Shown here one piece after another: positions 16,601 through 26,313 of a DNA stretch of 64,000 nucleotides (positions are counted from its first letter, which is position 1; each line of letters begins with the position of its first letter). The stretch lies in sequence record NC_041878.1; one strand, 5' to 3'. The position numbers and the translations under genes are program-made. Under the pieces are notes generated by a model. The model saw only the letters and a program-made list of their open reading frames with translations, was not told the DNA's origin and did not search any database.

Positions 16601-17318
16601 ATCAAACATTGAAACCTTGATCTATAATCTCAGTGCAGTGAAGTATCAATTTGCAATTGTATGTGAAACTGCACTAGACCAGTTGAGCCATTATTTTTGT
16701 ACAATTGGTAATGCAATTAACTACGATCCTGTTCGTGGTATGATAGACTGTGATCGTTCTGGTAATTATTTTTGTATTATCGAAAATCACATCTTCAGTT
16801 TCGATGATATTCAGGCACAACGTAAAAAATCATGCGAAGAATTGGAAGTACAGTACAATCGCTTGAAAGAAATTTTTGGCGATGAAGTACCTGAAAACAT
16901 GAAGCGTTTGTACGTTGATGAAATTGAAAAACTGAAAAAACCGTTTGAAGTACTAGACGAATCATACTTTTTCAGTTATAATGATATTGCACGTGAGATG
17001 ATAGATGCCGTGCAAAAACGTTTTGAAGAAGATCGTCATCTGCGTTTACAGATTAACACTCCTGTAATCGATGAACAGTGCTCTATCATCTTTAAAGTAA
17101 AGAATACTGACAATCCACTAATTGTTAAATTGGCTATTACTACGTGTAAAGCTTGGATTGAAGTACTGGAGTATTATGTACAAGCTGAATGGTACTTTAC
17201 TGAAGAAGAAATTCAGAAGTATCAGGGAGCATCGCATTACTTTTCGTTAAGTTACATCAATACATGTATTGATAAATTCAAACAGATTGTTGAAAACCTG
17301 GAGAATCAAAATGCTTAA
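16593..17318 (+). CDS. Hypothetical protein
   Basis: 241-aa ORF coupled to the previous gene. Confidence 0.7.
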   Translation: MNKSNIETLIYNLSAVKYQFAIVCETALDQLSHYFCTIGNAINYDPVRGMIDCDRSGNYFCIIENHIFSFDDIQAQRKKSCEELEVQYNRLKEIFGDEVPENMKRLYVDEIEKLKKPFEVLDESYFFSYNDIAREMIDAVQKRFEEDRHLRLQINTPVIDEQCSIIFKVKNTDNPLIVKLAITTCKAWIEVLEYYVQAEWYFTEEEIQKYQGASHYFSLSYINTCIDKFKQIVENLENQNA

Positions 17319-17430
17319 ACCAATTATTCTGCTGATCGTTGTTCTCGGTATTGGTGCTGCTGGTGGTTATACTTATGGCACAAAACATCCTACAATGGGT
17401 GATTGTGTAAATTCGGTTATTGGGAGTTAA
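17311..17430 (+). CDS. Small membrane peptide (39 aa)
   Basis: MLKPIILLIVVLGIGAAGG..., GGAG RBS, read by eye. Confidence 0.5.
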   Translation: MLKPIILLIVVLGIGAAGGYTYGTKHPTMGDCVNSVIGS

Positions 17431-17432
17431 AA

Positions 17433-17867
17433 ATGGAAATCAGTCGTAAATCCTGGCATTATCGCATGACTGCATGGTGCTGGGATCATTTTGGGAAAAC
17501 ACCATCTAATTCACTGTGTGGTTATTTCTGGCAGATGGTGTTTTCCCCATTTGTAGTAATTGGTATGTATGCTGCAATTCTGGTCGTAGCACTTATCATG
17601 CTAAGTTGGGGTTTGTATTTCTCTGGTGCAATGCTTTGTAATGTTCTGCACTGGATTAATGTACTTCCTGATTCTTTTGATATGGTTCCTGGTGTATTCA
17701 ACTGGCGACACATGGTAGTTTCAGTACTGATTACATCTGGTATCGCTGCAAAAGTTGCATATTCAATCTATAAAGAAGATCATCCAAACAAAGAGCCAAA
17801 CGTTATATTCGAATTTATTAAAGCGAAGAAACGTAAAATCTGCCCACTGATCGAATTTAAAGATTAA
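17433..17867 (+). CDS. Membrane protein
   Basis: SWHYR...SLCGYFW motif, 2 TM segments. Confidence 0.7.
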   Translation: MEISRKSWHYRMTAWCWDHFGKTPSNSLCGYFWQMVFSPFVVIGMYAAILVVALIMLSWGLYFSGAMLCNVLHWINVLPDSFDMVPGVFNWRHMVVSVLITSGIAAKVAYSIYKEDHPNKEPNVIFEFIKAKKRKICPLIEFKD

Positions 17868-17920
17868 GTTTTAATGTACTACCCATTTAGAGTAGTACAT
17901 TTTATTTTAAGGAAGTTATT

Positions 17921-18448
17921 ATGTTCAAAGTTGGTAATTGGATAGTTCTTACGCTCGAAGATGCATTTAACAGGTGTCATGCACAAAATAGGGATATTAC
18001 TAATATCATTCGTGATACTCCCATTAAAGTACTGCGACTTGATAGTGATGGTGATATACGTGAATGGTGTACTCCTAGTGGTGTACGTCACTCCATGACA
18101 ATTACCACACGTGAACAACTTTTTTTCACGTTACATGATAGCAGTTCAGAATATGGTTCTTTCAAAATTATCCTGACTTATATCGAAGATGGTAAAACGA
18201 TTGAAGAAGAAGGTGTAACATTTGTCTCTATGGATCACAATTCCATTGAGTACAAATACAATCGTAAGAAACTTGGCTTTATCAAATATAAAGGTGAAGT
18301 TAAGTTAAACATCGATGAACTAAAACAAATTACGATTAGTACTCCTGAAAACGAACGAGTATATCATATCGAAAATGGCGTGATTGTGCGTGAACATATT
18401 ATGTATGATCATGAACGTAAATTTAAACGTTTCAAGCTGGGGAATTAA
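17921..18448 (+). CDS. Hypothetical protein
   Basis: 175-aa ORF, AAGGA RBS. Confidence 0.7.
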   Translation: MFKVGNWIVLTLEDAFNRCHAQNRDITNIIRDTPIKVLRLDSDGDIREWCTPSGVRHSMTITTREQLFFTLHDSSSEYGSFKIILTYIEDGKTIEEEGVTFVSMDHNSIEYKYNRKKLGFIKYKGEVKLNIDELKQITISTPENERVYHIENGVIVREHIMYDHERKFKRFKLGN

Positions 18449-18449
18449 A

Positions 18450-18773
18450 ATGCAAAACAATAATACGATTGGAACACCACTGTGGATGCGAAGTCCAATG
18501 CATGAGTACTATGTAGTACAGAATGGTGCTAAGTACATTGCTATCGACCAACATAGTGGTGGTTATCCATATGACACTAATTTTTCTTCTGCTGAACGTT
18601 ATTCAACATTAGAACTAGCAGTACAATCAATGAAACGTAATTCAGGTACTGCTGTTGTTCATTGTAAAATTTACGGTGAAGTTGTTCAGCAATGTGAAAT
18701 TGATCACCAGTTGCGTTTATCTGCAATTGCAAAACTTACACCTGAAGAAATTCGTGCATTGGGGTTAGGTTAA
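18450..18773 (+). CDS. Conserved phage hypothetical protein
   Basis: IDxHSGGYPY motif; C-terminal ALAKLT-like IAKLTPEEIRALGL. Confidence 0.7.
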   Translation: MQNNNTIGTPLWMRSPMHEYYVVQNGAKYIAIDQHSGGYPYDTNFSSAERYSTLELAVQSMKRNSGTAVVHCKIYGEVVQQCEIDHQLRLSAIAKLTPEEIRALGLG

Positions 18774-19156
18774 TGTTGGGTTCATTGGGATTGTTCTGGA
18801 GTGAAGAAGATGGTACTATGATTCTTTCTCCATGTGATGAATCATTCCAGGAACCTAAAGTGGCGTATTTTTACATTCAAGTTGAAACTGAATCGGAATA
18901 TAAGCATATTCGCATAGACAAGTGGAATACTCCTGTGCGAACCAATGACCATTTCGAATGTACCCGCTTCGATACGTATGAAGAAGCGTTGGAAGTAGTA
19001 AAGACATTTAACCTTGTCAGTACTTCTCATGTACATAAGATTCGTCTTGCTCGTGTAACTGGTACGTACATGTGGGATGATATAGTGTACGCTCATTGCT
19101 CCTTGAAAAATCTAGGAAATGGTAAATTTGGCCTTGCAATCAGCGAACGCATGTGA
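18773..19156 (+). CDS. Hypothetical protein
   Basis: 127-aa ORF coupled to the previous gene. Confidence 0.65.
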   Translation: MLGSLGLFWSEEDGTMILSPCDESFQEPKVAYFYIQVETESEYKHIRIDKWNTPVRTNDHFECTRFDTYEEALEVVKTFNLVSTSHVHKIRLARVTGTYMWDDIVYAHCSLKNLGNGKFGLAISERM

Positions 19157-19213
19157 TATATTATTTTACATCGAGGGGAGATAACCTTCCCTCCCTATTA
19201 AGTGAGAATTCAA

Positions 19214-19405
19214 ATGACAGCATATGAAATGTGTATTGCGAACATTGCTCGTAAAGTCCGTTCTACCAACCATAACACCGCTGAAGGTGTACAAATGCCA
19301 TCTGCATTTGAGTATTCAGTCGGTATTGCTGCTGGCTTTTGTAAAGATCCGAAAGAAGTTGTGATGGACATTTTCAACTTCAGCGAAGATAATCATAATT
19401 CCTGA
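19214..19405 (+). CDS. Small hypothetical protein
   Basis: TAAGTGAG RBS; ATG 19214. Confidence 0.6.
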   Translation: MTAYEMCIANIARKVRSTNHNTAEGVQMPSAFEYSVGIAAGFCKDPKEVVMDIFNFSEDNHNS

Positions 19406-19437
19406 AGGTACATTCTAGAGAAATTTAAAAAAAATCC

Positions 19438-19557
19438 TTGACAGTACTAAACAATGTGCTATACTGATAAGGTTCAAGCGGAAAGACAAGTTTTAAAAAT
19501 CTTCTCGCTAAAAAGTTTAAAAAAGTACTTGACAACCACTTCGTTAGATAGTACAAT
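19438..19557 (+). promoter_or_regulatory. Tandem sigma70 promoters feeding an ORF-free region
   Basis: TTGACA-N16-TATACT (19438-65) and TTGACA-N17-TACAAT (19529-57). Confidence 0.8.
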
Positions 19558-19563
19558 GTAGTC

Positions 19564-20470
19564 TCTGATAAGGAACAAAGTGTTCCGAAGCTGATAAAGA
19601 GTTCAGCGTGTTAAATCTAAAAAGAGGATTGAACGCAAATGTAACAGTTAAATATTAAATTTTATAATATTGATGACTAGGAACTTTTTTGATTTTTAAA
19701 TCTGGGCGAATGGTTCCCCCGATAACCGGAAAACTTTGAGGATCGCAATCATGAAGTAATTAACACTAATTGAATCTGATCATTTAAAATATTGCCGAGT
19801 TATTAGTGGTACGGGGCGGTGTCCAGGCAAAAAACGCCGCTACCTATTATCCACGAATGAATGACATTTTGCAAAGAACGAGTACTGCGTAAAGAGTACA
19901 AGCTGAGAGGAAACCGATACTCTTGAAATTATCAGTTATCGGCAGAGAATCTATGAAGGCTGTTCTTGTCTGACTTCGCCGTAGAAAAGTAACGGTACAA
20001 GGGTTATGTGAGATGTGTGAATCTTGCTGTAATGATGGATAACGAGTTAAGGCGTTTGATGGCTTACAGTCGGGTGATCCGGTCACAAATTAGGAGTAGA
20101 AACACAACTAACTGATCATGGTTAGATGAAGCTAAGGCAGAGCTTTCTCGTAAGTATTTGGTACGGGTACGGTGAGATGCATACCGTGAGTGTTTCAAAC
20201 ATGTGCGAACTGTATAGCGTAGATACAGTAACTCTTTCGAGAGTTGTTTGATTAACCGCATATGTCGAACTTTCCGAACAAAGTTCAAAACAGAATTGAA
20301 GTACTACGAAGTTGCGTGTTATAATCAGTTCGGTGAGGACTAACACGCAGCGATTTAATTACTGTACTGAATTGTATCATTCACAGTTTCGAGTTTGTGA
20401 TGCAATAAGGTGATAGTAATAAGTTCGAGCAAAACATAGGTTGTCTGAGCAGTGAAGCTGTTAACTTCAT
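19564..20470 (+). ncRNA. Putative large (about 900-nt) highly structured ncRNA
   Basis: No plausible ORF or RBS for 1.2 kb; at least 12 hairpins, including AACTCT-TTCG-AGAGTT, GTTGCGTGTTA/TAACACGCAGC and ACTGTAT/ATACAGT. Confidence 0.6.
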
Positions 20471-20478
20471 GATAAGCC

Positions 20479-20507
20479 TTGACAATTAGGGAATAGCCGA
20501 CTATAAT
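20479..20507 (+). promoter_or_regulatory. Consensus sigma70 promoter
   Basis: TTGACA-N17-TATAAT. Confidence 0.85.
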
Positions 20508-20630
20508 GTGTTTATAGATTCCCCACTACCTGTAAATGGTTAGCCCAAGTGCAGTAAAGATGTTTCGGTACGGGAGTTCACACAAAAAGGACTCCCACCT
20601 TTTAAGTTAGCTGATTAAGTGAGAATAATA

Positions 20631-20861
20631 ATGAAAAACGCACTCAAAACCCAATTGTTCAAAATGATTAAGAGCACTGCATCTGAACGCAATATGTCTC
20701 AGCGTGACCTGGGGAAAGCGTTGCAGGTTTCTCAACCACGTATTTCTAACCTTCTTGACGAGCGTCAAGATCTGTTCAGTATCGATAAACTGCTTGAATT
20801 CGTTGATACGTTAGGGTATCATGTAGAAATCAAAGCAGTGGAAAAGGAGACAGTACAATGA
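20631..20861 (+). CDS. XRE/HigA-like HTH transcriptional regulator
   Basis: MSQRDLGKALQVSQPRISNLL...FSIDKL (HTH_37-like pattern). Confidence 0.85.
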   Translation: MKNALKTQLFKMIKSTASERNMSQRDLGKALQVSQPRISNLLDERQDLFSIDKLLEFVDTLGYHVEIKAVEKETVQ

Positions 20862-21007
20862 AAGAATATATTGTAGAGTACTTCCAGAAAGGCGGTTCTA
20901 ACCCGTTAGCTACTCGCCAGTTCGCACATAACGAAGCAATGGCTCGTACTAATGCGAAGAACGAAAAAGGCCAGGATATTATTATCCGCAGCGTAAAACC
21001 TGCATAA
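20858..21007 (+). CDS. Small hypothetical protein (49 aa)
   Basis: AGGAG RBS, ATGA overlap with XRE stop; terminator follows. Confidence 0.6.
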   Translation: MKEYIVEYFQKGGSNPLATRQFAHNEAMARTNAKNEKGQDIIIRSVKPA

Positions 21008-21102
21008 CAAAAGCCAGTTACCCCACATTCAGAAAAGCCAGCTTAGCTCTGGCTTTTTTTATTGGATAATTTTAGTTGTTGCTATTTTGTACGGAGATAA
21101 AA

Positions 21103-22095
21103 GTGAGTCCAAAAAAATTAAACTTAGATGATATTCAGGAAGATATCCTTGACGAATGTTTTGAAAAAGAAGAATTAACTTTAGAATCACTTGTGGTAGA
21201 TGATTCTGACGAGGATACAACTTCTGATGCTGATGATGTACATCACGGTTTAACAATGGATCAGATTAAAACACAAATTAAAGCTGACCAGTACATTAGC
21301 AACGAAGATCTAGTACGAAAAGTACAATCCGGCGTAGATGTAGAAGAATCAAAGAAACTACTTGTTATGTTCAACAGTGGTTTAGTGTACAACGAAGCGA
21401 AAAATTGTACTTGTAATATTCCATTCCAGGATAAAGTACAATATGGTTTCGAAGGTTTAATGAAAGCTATCTATGGTTTCAATACAACTTTCCGTACAAT
21501 GTTTAGTACTTATGCAACAACTACGATCCGTCAACATATGTATCGTAACGGCAATAACGATGTTCGTATGGTAGCTCTACCTGAACATCTGTCGGTTAAC
21601 AACATTCGTATACAATCTTTTATCGAACGTTATATGAATGATAATACTGGCTATCCAACTAATGAGCAAATTGCTGAAAGTACTGGAATTGATATTCGTT
21701 CAGTAAAACGTATCATGAACTATAACAGTAATACTTTTAGTATTGATACGCCAATGAACAAAGGCGACGAAGGTTCAGAACAAACACTAAAAGATATTAT
21801 CCCTGGTGAAAGTGCTGATTATGTGGTTGATGAACGTTGTGTTGCAAAAGACTTTGTAAGTACAATGGAAGAAATCATGAATGAACTTGAAGAACATGAA
21901 CGTGTTCTACTTGGATTAGTTCACGGTTTAGATGGTTATCGTATCCATACGTTTGATGAAATTATTAACACTGGATACATTGATGGTAAAGGAAAGTTCG
22001 TAACTTCTAAAGCTACACTATCTCGTCGTTACAATGATATGATGGATAAAGTACGTCGTATTGTTGAACGTAAACAAATCAACTTTGATCTTTAA
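21103..22095 (+). CDS. sigma70-family RNA polymerase sigma factor
   Basis: Region 2 (LV...QxGFEGLMKAIxxF...FSTYATxxIRQ), region 3 (PTNEQIAESTGI...SIDTP), divergent region 4; acidic N-terminus; GTG after GGAG. Confidence 0.9.
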   Translation: MSPKKLNLDDIQEDILDECFEKEELTLESLVVDDSDEDTTSDADDVHHGLTMDQIKTQIKADQYISNEDLVRKVQSGVDVEESKKLLVMFNSGLVYNEAKNCTCNIPFQDKVQYGFEGLMKAIYGFNTTFRTMFSTYATTTIRQHMYRNGNNDVRMVALPEHLSVNNIRIQSFIERYMNDNTGYPTNEQIAESTGIDIRSVKRIMNYNSNTFSIDTPMNKGDEGSEQTLKDIIPGESADYVVDERCVAKDFVSTMEEIMNELEEHERVLLGLVHGLDGYRIHTFDEIINTGYIDGKGKFVTSKATLSRRYNDMMDKVRRIVERKQINFDL

Positions 22096-22107
22096 AGGTA
22101 CTATTTA

Positions 22108-22818
22108 ATGACACATAAAGATAAACGTTCAGTTAGTACTGATGCACTTGATACGCTCGGTACTATCCATACTCGCGAAGAACATCGGGATGCAATTCAC
22201 TTAGGTGTAGAACCAGTTATTGCTGGTGAAGATATTGCTGTAGGTGCAAACATTGGTATTGGTAAAGATGGTTTTGCATATGCTACCGATTACCGTTCTG
22301 ATATTAAAGCAGTTGGTATTGCAGATCCATTTCTTGCGAATCGTATTCAAAAAGGTGAATCTTTCTGGCTCGTAGTATATCCACGTAAGATTACTTCGCT
22401 ACGCCATGTTTGGACTCATCCTGATTTTGATTCTGAAGAAGATCAGAAAGTACTTGACATTGCAGAAGTCTCAAGCGATGATTTAATGGTAGAGATCCAA
22501 CGCCGTTTAGCTACTAATAACATTGTACAAACGGTTCAGGAGCCGCAGCAGAAAGCCGCTGACAGCGATGAAAAGGCTAAGGCATGGGCTTGGATTAACG
22601 AATACGCAGACGGCTTAGGGCTTGATACAGACGAACTGATGGACTACGCCGATATGTGGGTTTCCTCTGAACGTCGCGGAACCTGGGGTGATTACCTTTG
22701 CAAAGGTGGTGATCTCGAAGGTGAATATGTCTCTGACGAATTTTGGGATAACTACGATATTGTCCGTGATGAAAGTACTGATACCGAACGTGGTTCCTTC
22801 TTCACGTGTTCTTGTTAA
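22108..22818 (+). CDS. Conserved phage hypothetical protein
   Basis: STDALDTLG...RDAIHL...GIADPFL...FWLVVYPRKITSLRHVW motif recalled from many phages. Confidence 0.8.
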   Translation: MTHKDKRSVSTDALDTLGTIHTREEHRDAIHLGVEPVIAGEDIAVGANIGIGKDGFAYATDYRSDIKAVGIADPFLANRIQKGESFWLVVYPRKITSLRHVWTHPDFDSEEDQKVLDIAEVSSDDLMVEIQRRLATNNIVQTVQEPQQKAADSDEKAKAWAWINEYADGLGLDTDELMDYADMWVSSERRGTWGDYLCKGGDLEGEYVSDEFWDNYDIVRDESTDTERGSFFTCSC

Positions 22819-22826
22819 GGTGTTAA

Positions 22827-23018
22827 ATGAAAGAAGAACACAAAGGAATCATTTCTGTTGGTAAAATTTTAAATCGTAATCTGTTTGGTTTAAAAGGAAG
22901 TCGTCAGGGTTTTGGTAGTTTAGGTTTAGAGAATTTCAAAACTGAAACTATTGTTGATACTACAAAGATGACACCAGAAGAAAAGAAAGAATATTTGAAG
23001 AATTTCAACAAACAATAA
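22827..23018 (+). CDS. Small hypothetical protein
   Basis: 63-aa ORF. Confidence 0.55.
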   Translation: MKEEHKGIISVGKILNRNLFGLKGSRQGFGSLGLENFKTETIVDTTKMTPEEKKEYLKNFNKQ

Positions 23019-23072
23019 TTCATAGGGTTGACTTCGGTCAGCCCTTTATTTTAATTAAATTTTATAATTATT

Positions 23073-24047
23073 ATGGTTGCTAAGTTAACACAAAAAGAAG
23101 TTGAAAAGAAAGTCCAAAATAAATGCAAAAAACTGAATTATAAAGTTGAAAAGTTTGTATATACAACTGCTAAAAAAACTAAACTATTACTTACATGCGA
23201 TAATGGACATACATGGAATAGTACTTCGGTTGAAAACTTTTTAAGACTTTCTACTGGATGCCCCAAATGCAGTGGTACTAAGAAGCTGTCTCAGACTGAA
23301 GCAGAAGAAAATGTCAAATTAAAATGTTTAGAACTTAACTATACATGTGAACCATTCGATTACATATCTTCTAGAAAAACTTTATTGACACTGACTTGTA
23401 ATAACGGGCATACATGGAATACTACTACATATCACAAATTACTACAGGCAAACATAAATTATGGTTGTTGTAAAAAATGTGGTTCAATGAAATCTTCTGA
23501 AAAAATGAGGTTTGATAAAAATGATGTTCTACAAAAAATTAATTTAAGGTGTAAAGAATTAAATTATAAATGTGGTGAATTTGAATACATTAGTAGTGTT
23601 AAAACTAAACTTCCATTAACGTGCAATAAAGGACATTCATGGAATACTACTATTTGTAGAGATTTTTTAAATGGTTCATTATGTCCTATATGTAAAGGGC
23701 ATTCACAAAAGATTGCATACATTAATTTAATAAGTGATGGTGATATTTCTATAGGATTAAAATATGGAATTGAAAGCACTAAAGGTAGGAGATGTAAACA
23801 ACAAAATTACAGTAGTTCTTTTAACATAAAAAGGATCAAAAGTTTTGAATTCGAAACTGTCGATCTTTGCAAAAATGCCGAAAGCGAATGTAAAAAAATG
23901 TTCCAAGCAGAAAACATACGTCTTATTAAGAAAAAAGGAATTTTTACAAAAAAAGAATTACCTGATGGCTATACTGAAACTACTTATATTAAAAATATAG
24001 ACAAAATAATAGAAATTTATAAAAAATACGGCGGTGTTGAAATATGA
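23073..24047 (+). mobile_element. Free-standing homing-endonuclease-like gene (3 zinc-ribbon repeats + GIY-YIG-like C-terminus)
   Basis: Three LTCxxGHxW...CxxC repeats; C-terminal YI...KYGI...RR...E pattern; more AT/Lys-rich than neighbours. Confidence 0.65.
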
Positions 24048-24162
24048 AATACAGTTATGATTCATTGGATTTTAATAACGACCTTAAAAATGTATGATAA
24101 AAATATTGACTTCGGTCAGCCCTTTTTGTTATAATGAACCTATCATATATAGAGATACAATT

Positions 24163-24459
24163 ATGTTAGATGAAATTTATTTAAAACTGTTGAAGAATCC
24201 ACAAAATGGATTAAACATTGATATTCATTTTCAAAATGGAAACAATGTTAATATTCTGTTTATCGATAACCTGTATCATATTTTCAGTACTAATGGTATT
24301 GTTATGTTGGATCATTGGTATAGCCGTCGATTATTGAATATCAAAAAACGATTAGAAAAACTTTATAATGAGTTTGGTGAATCGGGTGCAGTAATTACTA
24401 AAATCAATAATGATGTACTAGCCAGTTATTATCAAATAAAAGAACAAGTTGGAGTTTAA
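24163..24459 (+). CDS. Hypothetical protein
   Basis: Start moved past the promoter cassette to ATG 24163. Confidence 0.65.
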   Translation: MLDEIYLKLLKNPQNGLNIDIHFQNGNNVNILFIDNLYHIFSTNGIVMLDHWYSRRLLNIKKRLEKLYNEFGESGAVITKINNDVLASYYQIKEQVGV

Positions 24460-24460
24460 T

Positions 24461-24634
24461 ATGAAAGATGAAAATGTTAAGAAAGGTTTAGTAGTTTCCT
24501 ATAGTGTTGTTACTAAAATGAATCCTATTGAAACAAAAGTAGAGACGCTACTCTTTGAAGATATTGAAGAAGGTCGTGAGTTCGCAAAGAACCACACTAC
24601 TATCAGTAAAGAAATTGTTCAGTTCGTTAAATGA
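24461..24634 (+). CDS. Small hypothetical protein
   Basis: GGAG RBS, ATG 24461. Confidence 0.55.
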   Translation: MKDENVKKGLVVSYSVVTKMNPIETKVETLLFEDIEEGREFAKNHTTISKEIVQFVK

Positions 24635-24699
24635 AAAAAGGGTTGACTTCGGTCAGCCCTTTTTTGTATAATACGGCAATGAAATCAGGGAGTTCCACA

Positions 24700-25134
24700 A
24701 TGACACGTATTAATTTAGTTCCAGTACAAGAATTAGCCGATCAACATTTGATGGCCGAATATCGTGAATTGCCACGTGTGTTCGGTGCAGTTCAAAAGCA
24801 TATTGATGCTGGTAAGAAAATTAAAGATTTTAAAATCAACCAAACTTATATTCTTGGTACTGGTCATGTAACATTCTTCTATGATAAATTGCTATTCTTA
24901 TCTTTACGACATGAACAAATAGTACTTGAATGTTTAAAACGTGGAATAAAAATTAGTAATATCGATAAGTATGATGTTTCTAGTTTTCCTTCTGTGTGGT
25001 GTAATGATTATATTCCAACAGAAGCAGAAATAAGTATTTCACGTACTCGTTTGATTGAAAAGTTAAAAATTAAACCTTCTTGGTACAGGTTCAGTACTGA
25101 TTCAGTTCCTAAGTATTTTGAAGAAATGCTATAA
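24700..25134 (+). CDS. denV: Pyrimidine-dimer DNA glycosylase / endonuclease V
   Basis: MTRINL...[17 protein letters not shown]...[13 protein letters not shown]...KRG matches T4 DenV. Confidence 0.95.
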   Translation: MTRINLVPVQELADQHLMAEYRELPRVFGAVQKHIDAGKKIKDFKINQTYILGTGHVTFFYDKLLFLSLRHEQIVLECLKRGIKISNIDKYDVSSFPSVWCNDYIPTEAEISISRTRLIEKLKIKPSWYRFSTDSVPKYFEEML

Positions 25135-25197
25135 CTTTGACTTTTTCTCAGCACTGTCTACTATATTAATTCCTTGCAGAAAAACAGTAGGTATATT

Positions 25198-25383
25198 ATG
25201 ATAAGTCAATATCTAGTAGATCGCCTGAAAGAAAAAGGTTTTAAAATTGTCAGCCAGGATGATAGTGAAGTTGTGGTGAAAGGTACACTTCATGGTTCAT
25301 CCGTAGGAAACTGGACAACTGAAGAAGACGTACCACTGTACAACGACCGTGAAATTCGTAAGTTTCTGGAAGTTCACGGATAA
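25198..25383 (+). CDS. Small hypothetical protein
   Basis: AGGT RBS, ATG 25198. Confidence 0.55.
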   Translation: MISQYLVDRLKEKGFKIVSQDDSEVVVKGTLHGSSVGNWTTEEDVPLYNDREIRKFLEVHG

Positions 25384-25457
25384 TTTTAAGAAAAGGGTTG
25401 ACTTCGGTCAGCCCTTTTTGCTATACTCTCTGTACTGTATAGTCAGAGGAAAATAAG

Positions 25458-25853
25458 ATGATTAGTACTTCTATCAATCATGAATCGGCAATGCGTGTTC
25501 ACGGTGTATTGAAAGGTAAACCAAATCTATTCATCAACGAAGAATTGCTTTTTGAAATATCAGAAGCAACTAAAATTTTAATTGAGGCTTATGCGAATCG
25601 CAACAACTCGCGTAAAGAGTACGATTACTATATCAGTATGGTAGAAACTTATCTGGTAGATTATCATCGTACTACACCAGAAGCATTCGTACATTTCATT
25701 CGTTCGATCACCGATAATAACATTTGTATTCGGTACGATGATGTACCATATTTTCGTGAAATTGTTCGGATGTATGGTCCGTTAATTCGTTATGCTCGTT
25801 GTATCAAATGGGATGAATATGAAAGTTTTGAAATGGGAGTACTAGGAGCATGA
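25458..25853 (+). CDS. Hypothetical protein
   Basis: 131 aa, GAGGA RBS, own promoter. Confidence 0.7.
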   Translation: MISTSINHESAMRVHGVLKGKPNLFINEELLFEISEATKILIEAYANRNNSRKEYDYYISMVETYLVDYHRTTPEAFVHFIRSITDNNICIRYDDVPYFREIVRMYGPLIRYARCIKWDEYESFEMGVLGA

Positions 25854-26044
25854 CTTCATTTCGTCGATTTACTATAGCCTTTTGGGGCGGTCATGTTATC
25901 GGTGCAGTTGGGTTAATCGTTGGTATGATTCTGATGGTGCAACATCAAGATTTTACATACTTAATTGGTTCAGCGATATGTGGATTGATTGTTGCATTCT
26001 CATACGTACAACTTATGTTTAAATTCGTAAAGGTGAAATCATGA
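25850..26044 (+). CDS. Small two-TM membrane protein
   Basis: AGGAG RBS, two hydrophobic segments. Confidence 0.65.
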   Translation: MTSFRRFTIAFWGGHVIGAVGLIVGMILMVQHQDFTYLIGSAICGLIVAFSYVQLMFKFVKVKS

Positions 26045-26274
26045 TTTATCAATATGCTATCGTCGATGAAGAATCAGAAGAAGTAATTGGTAAGTATGTT
26101 AATACTGTTAAACCTTTTAAAATGCGTAACGTGATTTATACCCTGAAATCGCCCGATGGTGAAGTACTGTCACAAGGTAAAGCATTTCTTTCCAGGGCTG
26201 AAAAGTTTTGGGATCAGGTGAAAGATCCTCTGTACAGTGCGAATCAGAAAAACAATCTGATTATCGGTGGTTAA
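26041..26274 (+). CDS. Hypothetical protein
   Basis: 77 aa, AGGTG RBS. Confidence 0.65.
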   Translation: MIYQYAIVDEESEEVIGKYVNTVKPFKMRNVIYTLKSPDGEVLSQGKAFLSRAEKFWDQVKDPLYSANQKNNLIIGG

Positions 26275-26279
26275 TTAAA

Positions 26280-26308
26280 TGAAACCACGGATTTTTTTAT
26301 GGTATAAT
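26280..26308 (+). promoter_or_regulatory. TGAAAC-N17-TATAAT promoter (stable-RNA class)
   Basis: Same -35, TGG and -10 geometry as the two tRNA promoters. Confidence 0.7.
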
Positions 26309-26313
26309 CATAT

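Noticed and set aside
19564-20470. Group I/II intron or rRNA fragment; short ORFs 19847-20086, 20064-20288, 20122-20346
   Set aside because: No interrupted gene, no domain V or P7 hallmark and no rRNA signature recognised; the ORFs are minus-strand, lack RBS and have atypical composition.
21103-22095. T4 gp55-like late sigma
   Set aside because: Length and the presence of regions 3 and 4 fit RpoD/FliA-like factors; gp55 is much shorter.
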